Positions 57,434-64,000 of a DNA stretch of 64,000 nucleotides are shown piece after piece. Position 1 is the stretch's first letter; the number at the start of each line of letters is the position of its first letter. The DNA comes from a bacterium (GTDB taxonomy: Bacteria; JAAXHH01). The stretch is from assembly GCA_963665755.1 (NCBI GenBank), contig OY762445.1, positions 619,007 through 683,006 on the forward strand, written 5' to 3'. The notes under the pieces are model-generated. The model made no database searches and had not been told where the DNA came from. It saw only the letters and a list, made by a program, of their open reading frames with translations. A program made the translations under genes and the position numbers.

Positions 57434-59221
57434 ATGCGAAAAAGTATCAAGCACATCCTCTTTCTCGAACCGAAATCCTCCCATCTGCACGTGTATTCGG
57501 ACGCGTACATTCCGCGAATCGGCTGCCTGGTGCTCGCGACGATCATGCGAAAGCTGGGATACGGCGTGCGGGTGATGCTGGAAGAAGTGGAGGAGATCGA
57601 TACGAACGAGTTCGGGGAAGCCGACCTGATCTGTATATCCTCCCTGACCTCGACGGCGCCCGGGTCCTACCAGTACGCCGATTTCATCCGGAACGTCTAT
57701 CCGGAGAAGACGATCGTGATGGGCGGGACGCACCCGACTTTCGTACCCGATGAAGCCCTCCAACACAGCGATTTCGTGGTGCGCGGCGAAGGGGAGGAAG
57801 CGCTGGTCGAGCTGGTCAAGTGCCTGGAGTCCGGCGCCGACTACCGCGGCATCGCCAACCTCTCCTGGATGGAAGACGGTCAGGCGATCCATAATCCGGA
57901 GCGACCGAAGGCGGAAGACCTGGACGTGCTGCCCATACCGGACTTCAGTCTGGTTCCTTCCGGCAGGCTGGATATCATGTCGATACAGACCCAGCGTGGC
58001 TGCCCTTGGGACTGCAGTTTCTGCACGGTGACCAAGCTGAACGGCCACAAGCTGCGCGGCCATTCGGTCGAACGCGTGCTCGATATGCTGGAAGCCTATA
58101 CGAAGATGCCGAATTTCAGCTACCTCTTCTTCGCAGATGATATCTTCAACGTGCCGGTGGATCGCACCATGGCCATCATGCAGGGCATGATCGACCGCAG
58201 GCTGACCATACCGTGGGCCGCGCAGATGCGCCACGAAATCTCGAAGCAGCCGGAGTTGATGAAGAAAATGCGCGAGGCGGGATGCGACCGCGTGATGGTC
58301 GGCTTCGAATCCATCGACGAAACGGCCCTCGAGCTGTACGGCAAGAAAGAGACGGCGCTCGACGTGGAACGGGCCATCGACGCGATCCATGACCACGGGA
58401 TCGATCTCCACGCCATGTTCATTGCCGGCGCAGATTCGGATCATCCGGAAACCATCAAGACGCAGTTCGAATTCGCCAAGAAGAAGGACCTGGCGACCTC
58501 GCAGTGCATGATCCTGACCTATCTGCCCGGTTCCGAAGACACCATCCGTTACGATCTCCAGGGCGGCGAGTACCTGAGCCACGACTGGAGCCATTACGAC
58601 GGCCACCATGCCAACCACCCCGTCCCGAACATGACCCGTTACGAACTGGTCAACACGGTGATGGAAGGCATGAAGGGCATGTACGCGCCGCACCGTATCC
58701 TGTCCAAGCTGGGCAGCGCGGCATGGAACGCGGTCAAGTTCAACAAGCGGGAGGCTACGCGGCAACTGCGTAACGGCCTGCTCCGGCTGAACGGCTACTC
58801 CATCCTGCAGCGGTGGTTCAAGGAGCACACCGACTACCTGGCCGATCTTCGCGCCGAAAACGTGTCCCTGTCACCGGATCGCTACAAGCGCGTGCTCCTG
58901 GCCGTCTCCAACGTGGACGTGAGCCGCGTGCTCCACACGTTCCTGGGCGAGATGAACATACGCGTAGAAGAATACAGCGAGGAAAAACTCTCCGTCCTCA
59001 AGGATTCCGACCTCGTCGTCATGGCGGGAGAGATGGTGGACGACGTGCGGTCCCGGGTCCAGAACCTGCACATCTTCCCCGTGCATGACAAGAATACCCG
59101 TATGGACCGGACCCTGACCCAGCTAGGCATCCTCTTCACCGAGAACGTGGACAAGGTACGCGAGGCCATTGCCGCAGTGCACTTCCAGCCCGGCCAGAGC
59201 AAGGTGGCGGCGAAAAGTTGA
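57434..59221 (+). CDS. B12-binding-domain radical SAM protein with a long C-terminal extension
   Basis: An N-terminal cobalamin-binding-like Rossmann region is followed by the radical SAM cluster motif QTQRGCPWDCSFC (CxxxCxxC) and about 200 aa of unassigned C-terminus. Confidence 0.85.
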   Translation: MRKSIKHILFLEPKSSHLHVYSDAYIPRIGCLVLATIMRKLGYGVRVMLEEVEEIDTNEFGEADLICISSLTSTAPGSYQYADFIRNVYPEKTIVMGGTHPTFVPDEALQHSDFVVRGEGEEALVELVKCLESGADYRGIANLSWMEDGQAIHNPERPKAEDLDVLPIPDFSLVPSGRLDIMSIQTQRGCPWDCSFCTVTKLNGHKLRGHSVERVLDMLEAYTKMPNFSYLFFADDIFNVPVDRTMAIMQGMIDRRLTIPWAAQMRHEISKQPELMKKMREAGCDRVMVGFESIDETALELYGKKETALDVERAIDAIHDHGIDLHAMFIAGADSDHPETIKTQFEFAKKKDLATSQCMILTYLPGSEDTIRYDLQGGEYLSHDWSHYDGHHANHPVPNMTRYELVNTVMEGMKGMYAPHRILSKLGSAAWNAVKFNKREATRQLRNGLLRLNGYSILQRWFKEHTDYLADLRAENVSLSPDRYKRVLLAVSNVDVSRVLHTFLGEMNIRVEEYSEEKLSVLKDSDLVVMAGEMVDDVRSRVQNLHIFPVHDKNTRMDRTLTQLGILFTENVDKVREAIAAVHFQPGQSKVAAKS

Positions 59222-59333
59222 TGAGGTGACAGTCGGCCATCCTGCCCTTCATTCGGATTCGGCCGTCTGGTAACTGCTTCTGCTTCGACGTCACCTGTTG
59301 CAATAACATCGATATACAGAAAGAGAGGCCTCC

Positions 59334-59618
59334 ATGGCCGCGTACATCATCGTGGAATACGTCGTAACGGACGATGCCGCCTTCGCCGAATTCAGCAAAC
59401 GAACCGCAGCAGCCGTAGAAGCGCATGGCGGCAGATATCTGGTCCGCGGCGCCGTGGAAGTCCTGGATGGGGATTGGACGCCGGAACGCATGGTCGTCGT
59501 GGAATTCGAAAACAGCGACGCGGCGAGGGCCTGGCTGAACTCACCGGACTATGCTGAACTCAAGGCATTGCGCCAGCAGGCTACTAAAGCCAGCGTGGTC
59601 TTTGCCGAGGGTGTTTGA
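59334..59618 (+). CDS. DUF1330 (dimeric alpha/beta-barrel) protein
   Basis: 94 aa: MAAYIIVEYVVTD...YLVRGG...MVVVEFENSDAARAWLNSPDY, the typical DUF1330 pattern. Confidence 0.7.
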   Translation: MAAYIIVEYVVTDDAAFAEFSKRTAAAVEAHGGRYLVRGAVEVLDGDWTPERMVVVEFENSDAARAWLNSPDYAELKALRQQATKASVVFAEGV

Positions 59619-59799
59619 GCTGGACGGGCCGGCTTGCGAACTTGACGGTTGGGATCCGGACCTGGTCATCATGACCGGCGAGATGGCTAGCGTTCGTTTT
59701 CGCAGTTACTATTTGCAGGACGCAAGTACCTCTACTACTACCCTCATTTAAGCGTTTCTACACTCTTGATCAATTGCCGGCGACGATGATGGTACTTCT

Positions 59800-60216
59800 T
59801 TACGCCTGCCTATTGAATTGCCAACGTTTAACGTCGTCGAAACGGTCAAAATCCCGGTCGAATGTCGCCACGTGATCGCCTGATGCCGCAGCCAACGCAG
59901 CCAAGTAGCAGTCCAGGAAATCACAATTCGTAGACGCGAAACGGTTCAGGGCGTCCATCATCTCCTCCTGCCTGATACAGCGGATTCCGGCGCTCAAGAT
60001 CAGCTTGCGCAACGCCTCGACGATTACCGCTCGACGGGTCTTGTAATGGGATAAGAGCACCCAAATGGCCTCGGCGACAGTTACTTCGGTCAGTATCAAC
60101 ACGCATTTCCCATCGCTGGCATCCGAAAACAGTGCACGCGCCGCGGGAGAGAATCGAACGTGATCGTCTCGAAGAAACCGCAAGAGAACGTTTGTATCGA
60201 GAAGATACTTGGTCAT
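59800..60216 (-). CDS. vapC: PIN-domain ribonuclease toxin VapC
   Basis: MTKYLLDTNVLLRFL... with the acidic PIN residues (DTN, TEVTVAE, DFLDCY, FDRDF). It overlaps vapB by 4 nt (ATGA). Confidence 0.85.
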   Translation of the reverse strand: MTKYLLDTNVLLRFLRDDHVRFSPAARALFSDASDGKCVLILTEVTVAEAIWVLLSHYKTRRAVIVEALRKLILSAGIRCIRQEEMMDALNRFASTNCDFLDCYLAALAAASGDHVATFDRDFDRFDDVKRWQFNRQA

Positions 60217-60455
60217 TTGTATCGCGCCACTCTGGCTTCTCGAGCAGCGTCTCGTTCCTCAGTTTTGGATGCGGAGGGTTTGTCGTCCGCCAGATATCCA
60301 TACAGATCTTTGAGCGTCTCTGACTGGGCTCTGACCATGACGCCGCCATCGATCAATTCATAGATCAACCGCTGCCTTGGCTTGAGTCGAAGCGCCTTTC
60401 GAACTTCGGCCGGGATCGTGGTCTGCCACTTCTCGGTTAAGGTCGATTTGATCAT
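60213..60455 (-). CDS. vapB: AbrB/SpoVT-fold antitoxin VapB
   Basis: MIKSTLTEKWQTTIPAEVRKALRLKPRQRLIYE is a SpoVT/AbrB swapped-hairpin motif. ATG 60455 follows AAGGAG. The ORF track starts at GTG 60491. Confidence 0.75.
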   Translation of the reverse strand: MIKSTLTEKWQTTIPAEVRKALRLKPRQRLIYELIDGGVMVRAQSETLKDLYGYLADDKPSASKTEERDAAREARVARYK

Positions 60456-60471
60456 GGTGTGCTCCTTTGCC

Positions 60472-60515
60472 TTCATTGTTTTTTTAAACACATTGTATCT
60501 AAAATAACAATGAAT
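60472..60515 (-). promoter_or_regulatory. inverted repeat TTCATTGTT...AACAATGAA with a third ACAATG copy, upstream of vapB; candidate operator
   Basis: 9-bp arms at 60472-60480 and 60507-60515 in an AT-rich stretch just 5' of vapB. AbrB-type antitoxins commonly autoregulate through such repeats. Confidence 0.35.
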
Positions 60516-60688
60516 TAACGGTTCCGCAAGAAATCCCTCGTAGTGGAGCTATCTCCCACCTTGTCCTGCAACCGTCTCAATTCCGCCTTCAACTCGGCAA
60601 CCACTTCCTTGAAATCAGAATCCGCGTACACACTGCTCAACTCGCAAAAATCCTTTTCCAGGTCGAAGTATGTCCACTCCGTTGCAGA
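60515..60688 (-). pseudogene. C-terminal stub (57 codons) of a sulfatase gene
   Basis: My translation SATEWTYFDLEKDFCELSSVYADSDFKEVVAELKAELRRLQDKVGD... matches the usual sulfatase C-terminus (W.LYDL..DP.E..NL ... EL...L..L). There is no start, and it begins directly after, and in frame with, the higA stop. Confidence 0.5.
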
Positions 60689-61000
60689 TCAGGGATTTTG
60701 TTTCAGCGTGGTAGCGGGTTGCATCCCTTCGATGAGGTGAGGTCTATCCCTGGCGAGCTTTCGAAAGTCGCATTCCACCTGGATACCATGCCAGAACTGA
60801 TCTGATTGATTGAAAAAGGCACCAAAGCGAATCGACATGGATGGCGTAATTGACCGCCGACCATGCACTATCTCGTTGATCGCGCGCGGTGCATCCCCGA
60901 TTGCACGCGCCATGGCGTTTTGCGAAATGTCCATCGGCTTGAGATATTCCTCAAGCAGAATCTCACCGGGTGTTATGGGATCATTCAAGGTTAAATCCAT
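60689..61000 (-). CDS. higA: HigA antitoxin (XRE-family HTH)
   Basis: [55 protein letters not shown] is the classic HigA/VapI HTH. Confidence 0.85.
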   Translation of the reverse strand: MDLTLNDPITPGEILLEEYLKPMDISQNAMARAIGDAPRAINEIVHGRRSITPSMSIRFGAFFNQSDQFWHGIQVECDFRKLARDRPHLIEGMQPATTLKQNP

Positions 61001-61018
61001 AACGTCATAGGGGTATTT

Positions 61019-61297
61019 TCAATGGTAATCAATTATCGCAACCTGCGTCGGACCAGAATCTATCCACCTGAAGACGATGCGCCACTGTTAGTTTATGCGA
61101 ATGGAATGAAAACCCATTAGGCGACCTTTCAAGGCTTTCAGGCGGTTACCAGGTGGCGTTGCAAGGTCCCTAAGTTCATTGGCCTGATTCAGTTGAATCA
61201 GTTTACGTAGTGCGACTCGGGAGATAGCGGCAAAACGGAGGTTGCTTTCCGAATCAAAAAGTTCTGCGGTGTCCCTATCCGTAAACGACTGGATCAT
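61019..61297 (-). pseudogene. higB: HigB (RelE/ParE-superfamily) toxin with an in-frame TAA at codon 70
   Basis: ORF 61088..61297 ends ...GFHSIRIN-TAA. The same frame continues QWRIVFRWIDSGPTQVAIIDYH-TGA (to 61019), completing the conserved HigB C-terminus SIRINDQWRI.F.W....V.I.DYH. Confidence 0.8.
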
Positions 61298-61312
61298 GAC
61301 CTGTGTACATTC

Positions 61313-61324
61313 GATGAATTCATC
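61313..61324 (-). promoter_or_regulatory. 12-bp perfect palindrome GATGAATTCATC 15 nt upstream of the higB start; candidate HigA operator
   Basis: Read directly. Its position in the higBA 5' region fits known HigA autoregulation, but a palindrome of this size is not rare by chance. Confidence 0.3.
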
Positions 61325-61357
61325 TTTATGAAGTCAGTGATTAAATGATTGTTCTTT

Positions 61358-62455
61358 TTACAGGAAACTTTCCCCTGCATGGTCCGTAAACGAATCGGCA
61401 TCGCGTATGTACTTCATTACGGTTGAGGGATTTGTATGTCTTGTTATTTCCATTATTTTATCTAAACGCGCGTTGTGACAAGCCGCGCTGGTAACAAATC
61501 CAGCCCTGAGAGAATGTCCAGATACATCCTTCGAGTCCAAGCCAACTAATCTCGCGTAATGTTTAACCAGTCTGGGAACATCCGAATGGTGCAGCGGTCT
61601 TCCCCGAAGAGTACCACCGCGTTTCATTGTTTGAAAAACAGGTCCATTGGTTATTCCCGACGCTTCAAGCCAATCTAGAAGGCGTTGTACAGGTTTCAGA
61701 TATTTACCGCCAAGTATAGCAACCTTATGTCCTTTCCCTTCTTGGTCGGTTTTCGATCTACGAACATAGACAAACATTTTAGTAGAAGAACTGCTGGCCG
61801 AATACTGTTCACGGTTTGATTGGCTTTTCCTAAGCAAACGCGAATTGGACTCTACCAACTCTATGTCCTCCATCGTAAGTCCACATATCTCCGATCGCCT
61901 TAATGCACCGGCAAATCCAATGGCGATTATTGCAGCATCCCTAAGGCCAATCAATCTCTTACTGGGCTGTTTGATCATTCGGTCGCATATGTTGAGCATT
62001 TTCCTGATGTGGTACTCCCTTAGTGCTTTGACCTGCCTTGCAGGTGTACCTCTGAGCCGGGCGAGTCCTTTAAGTACAGCATTCACTGTAGGATGGTTAG
62101 TGGGAGAAACGACCCCTGACTCAACATACTTTCTGTTGATTGCACTCCGATACAATACCACTGTCCCCATTGAAAGCACCCTTCCACTTATAGTCTTATT
62201 ACTGGGTCGCGGTCTGGGACGTGTCGCCAGTTTGATCATAAAATCGGCGATATCCTCCGGTGTGGCGGACAAAGGGTGGAGGTTTCTAGTGACGCAGTAC
62301 TCTTTAAAACAGGTCCAGCCTTTTTCATAGGCGATACGAGTATTCTCGGCCAAAGAAGATGATACTATATCGCTGTACAAGTTCACAGCATCCAAAGGCA
62401 CATCGGACCGGTTCGAGTGTGTTGCTTGAGCAAGTTTACGGTGCGATACTGCCAT
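61358..62455 (-). CDS. tyrosine site-specific recombinase, Cre-like
   Basis: 365 aa. By-eye alignment to P1 Cre runs along the whole length: LAENTRIAYEKGWTCFKEYC...PEDIADFM; ALRRSEI (Arg); RRSKTDQEG (Lys); SGHSLRAGF (His-x-x-Arg); RHTNPSTVMKYIR (His/Trp position and Tyr). Confidence 0.85.
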   Translation of the reverse strand: MAVSHRKLAQATHSNRSDVPLDAVNLYSDIVSSSLAENTRIAYEKGWTCFKEYCVTRNLHPLSATPEDIADFMIKLATRPRPRPSNKTISGRVLSMGTVVLYRSAINRKYVESGVVSPTNHPTVNAVLKGLARLRGTPARQVKALREYHIRKMLNICDRMIKQPSKRLIGLRDAAIIAIGFAGALRRSEICGLTMEDIELVESNSRLLRKSQSNREQYSASSSSTKMFVYVRRSKTDQEGKGHKVAILGGKYLKPVQRLLDWLEASGITNGPVFQTMKRGGTLRGRPLHHSDVPRLVKHYARLVGLDSKDVSGHSLRAGFVTSAACHNARLDKIMEITRHTNPSTVMKYIRDADSFTDHAGESFL

Positions 62456-62505
62456 TTCAATCTCCTTAGGTTTGATTTTGAACTGACTGCTACAACCTAC
62501 GCGAA

Positions 62506-62550
62506 AATGGATTAGTAGTAAGTTTTCTTCGTCTACCCAGCTAATCCATT
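62506..62550. repeat. 10-bp inverted repeat AATGGATTAG/CTAATCCATT with a 25-nt loop, at the recombinase-proximal junction
   Basis: Arms at 62506-62515 and 62541-62550. The right arm spans the point where RM-gene homology begins. Significance is uncertain. Confidence 0.4.
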
Positions 62551-62856
62551 AACTATGGAATAAAAACCGGCTACAACCAGGCCTTTATCGTTGATAATAA
62601 GACAAAGGAACGACTGGTTAGGGAAGATCCAAAATCTGCTGAGTTGCTGAGACCAGTTCTACGCGGGCGGGATATTGGGCGATATCAGGCCAACTGGGCG
62701 GGATTATGGCTGATTGACACGCATAATGGTTATGGGAATGTTCAGCCGATTAATGTTGATGATTTTACGGCAGTAAAAAAGCATTTGGATCAATTCTATC
62801 CTAAACTTGAAAAGCGCCAGGATCAGGGAGTGACTCCGTACAATCTACGTAATTGC
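62545..62856 (+). pseudogene. internal fragment of a type IIG/Eco57I-like restriction-modification (N6-adenine methyltransferase) gene, TaqI-like C-terminal specificity domain
   Basis: The frame reads GIKTGYNQAFIVDNKTKERLVREDPKSAELLRPVLRGRDIGRYQANW...TPYNLRNC, the conserved GIKTG.N.AF...LLRGRDI.RY block. It lacks the entire methylase/nuclease N-terminus, and similarity is lost after 62856. Confidence 0.6.
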
Positions 62857-62860
62857 AAAT

Positions 62861-62887
62861 GCCGCGTAGCAATGCGCGGTCTTTTGC
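62861..62887 (+). terminator. weak hairpin plus T-tract (GCCGCG-N8-CGCGGT CTTTTG) at the RM-fragment breakpoint
   Basis: A 5-6-bp GC stem at 62861-62880 is followed by TCTTTTGCT. Confidence 0.3.
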
Positions 62888-62996
62888 TATTCTATTCAGC
62901 GAGCAACCCGACAAGGAGTCGGTGGGTACGAAAGCATTGACGGATAGCAATTAACACAGAAAAAGTTGCCGTCAAGGATTAACCCTATACCTTGTT

Positions 62997-63131
62997 CAGT
63001 GTCAACACGCGCCACCCGATAGGCCGGGGTGGTCCTGCCGAATACAACAGCCGCTTAACAGGCCGCCTTGCAACCGGCCTGGGCGAATACGCGGGATGCT
63101 CAACCCATCAGTGGCGCGAGTGTTGACACTG
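62997..63131. other. GC-rich ~135-bp element closed by 19/21-nt inverted repeats; candidate structured small RNA or MITE-like element
   Basis: CAGTGTCAACACGCGCCAC (62997-63015) pairs with GTGGCGCGAGTGTTGACACTG (63111-63131) as 8+11 bp with a 2-nt bulge. The interior can form AGGCCGG/CCGGCCT and GGTGGTCCTG/CAGGCCGCC helices. CGAATAC occurs twice. Confidence 0.5.
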
Positions 63132-63183
63132 CCCGGCACCAACACCGGGTAGAGACCATAACCCATGTCAACGGGGGCGCGCC

Positions 63184-63729
63184 ATGAAATCGGGGATCTT
63201 CATCCTTTGGATAGTGTTATTGATGTTCGCAAGTAACAATGCAGCGGGACAGGCCTGGACGCTACTCCGTAAAGACAATCCCGACACTCTCACGGTCTAC
63301 TACCAACAAGGCCTGTTTTGTGAGGAAACATCATTTGAATATGTAGTAGACGATGAAATGGTTCGAGCACGCTTAGAAAGACGTACCGAAAAAGATGAAT
63401 ACAGTCTCGACGATTACCCCAAACTTGAATTCCAGGTTCATTGTGAAGGTTATACACTCGGAAAGACGAGAGAGGTTACGGTCTACAACGTGGTCGGATT
63501 GTGGGCTGTGGGAAGAATTGAAAAACCTGCGCTTTTTGGTAGGCAATTTGGTCGAAAGACCAGAGATGTCACCGTCTGGGCTACACCCTGTCGTGGTAGG
63601 TTCTTTTCCAAGCCGCCTTCTTTGGGCCTAACGCAAAATCCAGGCGAAGATATACCGGTCATTCTTAGAAATGTAGTGTCTCACTGTCTTGCCGAGTATT
63701 TGAGAGCGAATGAAGTACCTTTAGACTGA
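63184..63729 (+). CDS. hypothetical secreted protein (signal peptide, no recognisable family)
   Basis: 181 aa with N-terminal MKSGIFILWIVLLMFASNNAAGQA. It is low-GC and followed by a clear intrinsic terminator. Confidence 0.5.
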   Translation: MKSGIFILWIVLLMFASNNAAGQAWTLLRKDNPDTLTVYYQQGLFCEETSFEYVVDDEMVRARLERRTEKDEYSLDDYPKLEFQVHCEGYTLGKTREVTVYNVVGLWAVGRIEKPALFGRQFGRKTRDVTVWATPCRGRFFSKPPSLGLTQNPGEDIPVILRNVVSHCLAEYLRANEVPLD

Positions 63730-63736
63730 TTCCAAT

Positions 63737-63780
63737 AAGAAACCCGGTTGACCGCGAAGGCCGACCGGGCTTTCTTATAT
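63737..63780 (+). terminator. rho-independent terminator
   Basis: AAGAAACCCGGTTGACC-GCGAA-GGCCGACCGGGCTTTCTTATAT forms a roughly 10-bp GC-rich stem (one mismatch) followed by a T-rich tail, 8 nt after the stop at 63729. Confidence 0.6.
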
Positions 63781-63887
63781 ACAGTAGTTTTGCAAGGCGA
63801 CAGAGTTGGGGCTCTGTAAGGGCCTCATTGTATCACGCCGGGAGCAACCGGCGATCACAAACAACCCTCTGACAGGAGGGTATTGTC

Positions 63888-64000
63888 ATGAATATACGCG
63901 AAAGGTATTATCACGCAAGAAGGAATAGAATTCATGACATTTCAAAGCGGATAGATTGGCTTAGGGAACACTCTGAAATTGGAGTAAAGGAGGTAGATGA
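63888..64000 (+). CDS. 5' end of an unknown ORF running off the window
   Basis: ATG 63888 is preceded by AGGAGG with 8-nt spacing. The frame is open for 37 codons (MNIRERYYHARRNRIHDISKRIDWLREHSEIGVKEVD...). Confidence 0.25.
   Translation, partial: MNIRERYYHARRNRIHDISKRIDWLREHSEIGVKEVD

Larger units (their letters stand above)
59750..64000. mobile_element. low-GC integrative-element remnant (two TA loci, a Cre-like recombinase, gene stubs); the right end lies beyond the window
   Basis: GC drops from about 60-70% to about 40-47% (spot counts of 60-nt lines) from about 59.7 kb onward. Content: vapBC, higA with a nonsense-mutated higB, a tyrosine recombinase, truncated sulfatase and RM fragments. 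Confidence 0.55.

Noticed and set aside
57434-59221. The radical SAM protein as the missing anaerobic sulfatase-maturating enzyme for the sulfatase at 17291-18703.
   Set aside because: anSMEs are SPASM-domain radical SAM enzymes without a B12-binding domain. This protein has an N-terminal B12-binding-type domain, no visible SPASM Cys clusters, and lies 40 kb away.
59620-59800. A tRNA or tmRNA-derived attachment site at the left edge of the low-GC island.
   Set aside because: I saw no T-loop-like GGTTCGAATCC-type sequence or cloverleaf-compatible segment there, or anywhere else in the window. This cannot be fully excluded without tRNAscan/ARAGORN.
61088-61090. The in-frame stop in higB read as recoding (selenocysteine or pyrrolysine).
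   Set aside because: The codon is TAA, which is not used for Sec (TGA) or Pyl (TAG). It replaces a conserved Asp codon.
63997-64000. The ATG at 63997 preceded by AAGGAGG as a gene start at the window edge.
   Set aside because: Only 3 nt separate the SD core from the ATG, which is too short. It lies out of frame inside the better-supported ORF starting at 63888.

Overview
The window is a high-GC (roughly 60-70% by eye) bacterial chromosomal segment with about 55 protein-coding genes. I recognised no rRNA, tRNA or CRISPR array. Many starts follow strong GGAGG-type Shine-Dalgarno sequences. The lineage cannot be fixed from sequence alone; GWxTD, BatA-type and DUF4175-like envelope proteins hint at an FCB-group or Gemmatimonadota-like organism, at low confidence.

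Backbone content:
- Housekeeping genes: purD, tsaC, carA, hflX, mpl, mgtE, and an XPB-type helicase.
- Envelope genes: an MltF-like transglycosylase, an S41 Ctp protease, a 1127-aa coiled-coil membrane protein, a TPR protein, a BatA/vWA protein and a GT9 heptosyltransferase.
- Catabolic modules: a sulfatase-TauE-MFS-AKR module, an HpcH aldolase/ornithine cyclodeaminase/aminotransferase cluster, and an Ldh_2-NUDIX-TIM-2x PhyH cluster.

Two segments are clearly lower in GC (about 40-47% on spot-counted lines):
- A 1.5-kb islet (about 42.6-44.1 kb) carries a single orphan PD-(D/E)xK nuclease-like gene. That gene contains an odd 28-bp direct repeat flanking a 38-bp GC-rich insert.
- A terminal island (about 59.75-64.0 kb, continuing off the window) carries vapBC, a sulfatase gene stub, higA with a nonsense-mutated higB, a Cre-like tyrosine recombinase, a restriction-modification gene stub, a GC-rich 135-bp inverted-repeat element and orphan ORFs.

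Other points worth a second look:
- An ECF sigma/anti-sigma operon ends in an HtrA-like protein whose catalytic His and Ser positions are substituted.
- Two related tandem-repeat arrays sit at equivalent positions upstream of two unrelated minus-strand genes.
- A Tat-signal PLP enzyme, a 42-aa hydrophobic peptide and a GNAT form a possible trio.
- A class V aminotransferase is frameshifted.

I see no complete, clearly novel multi-gene system. The candidates above are leads that need HMM searches, structure prediction and read-level checks.
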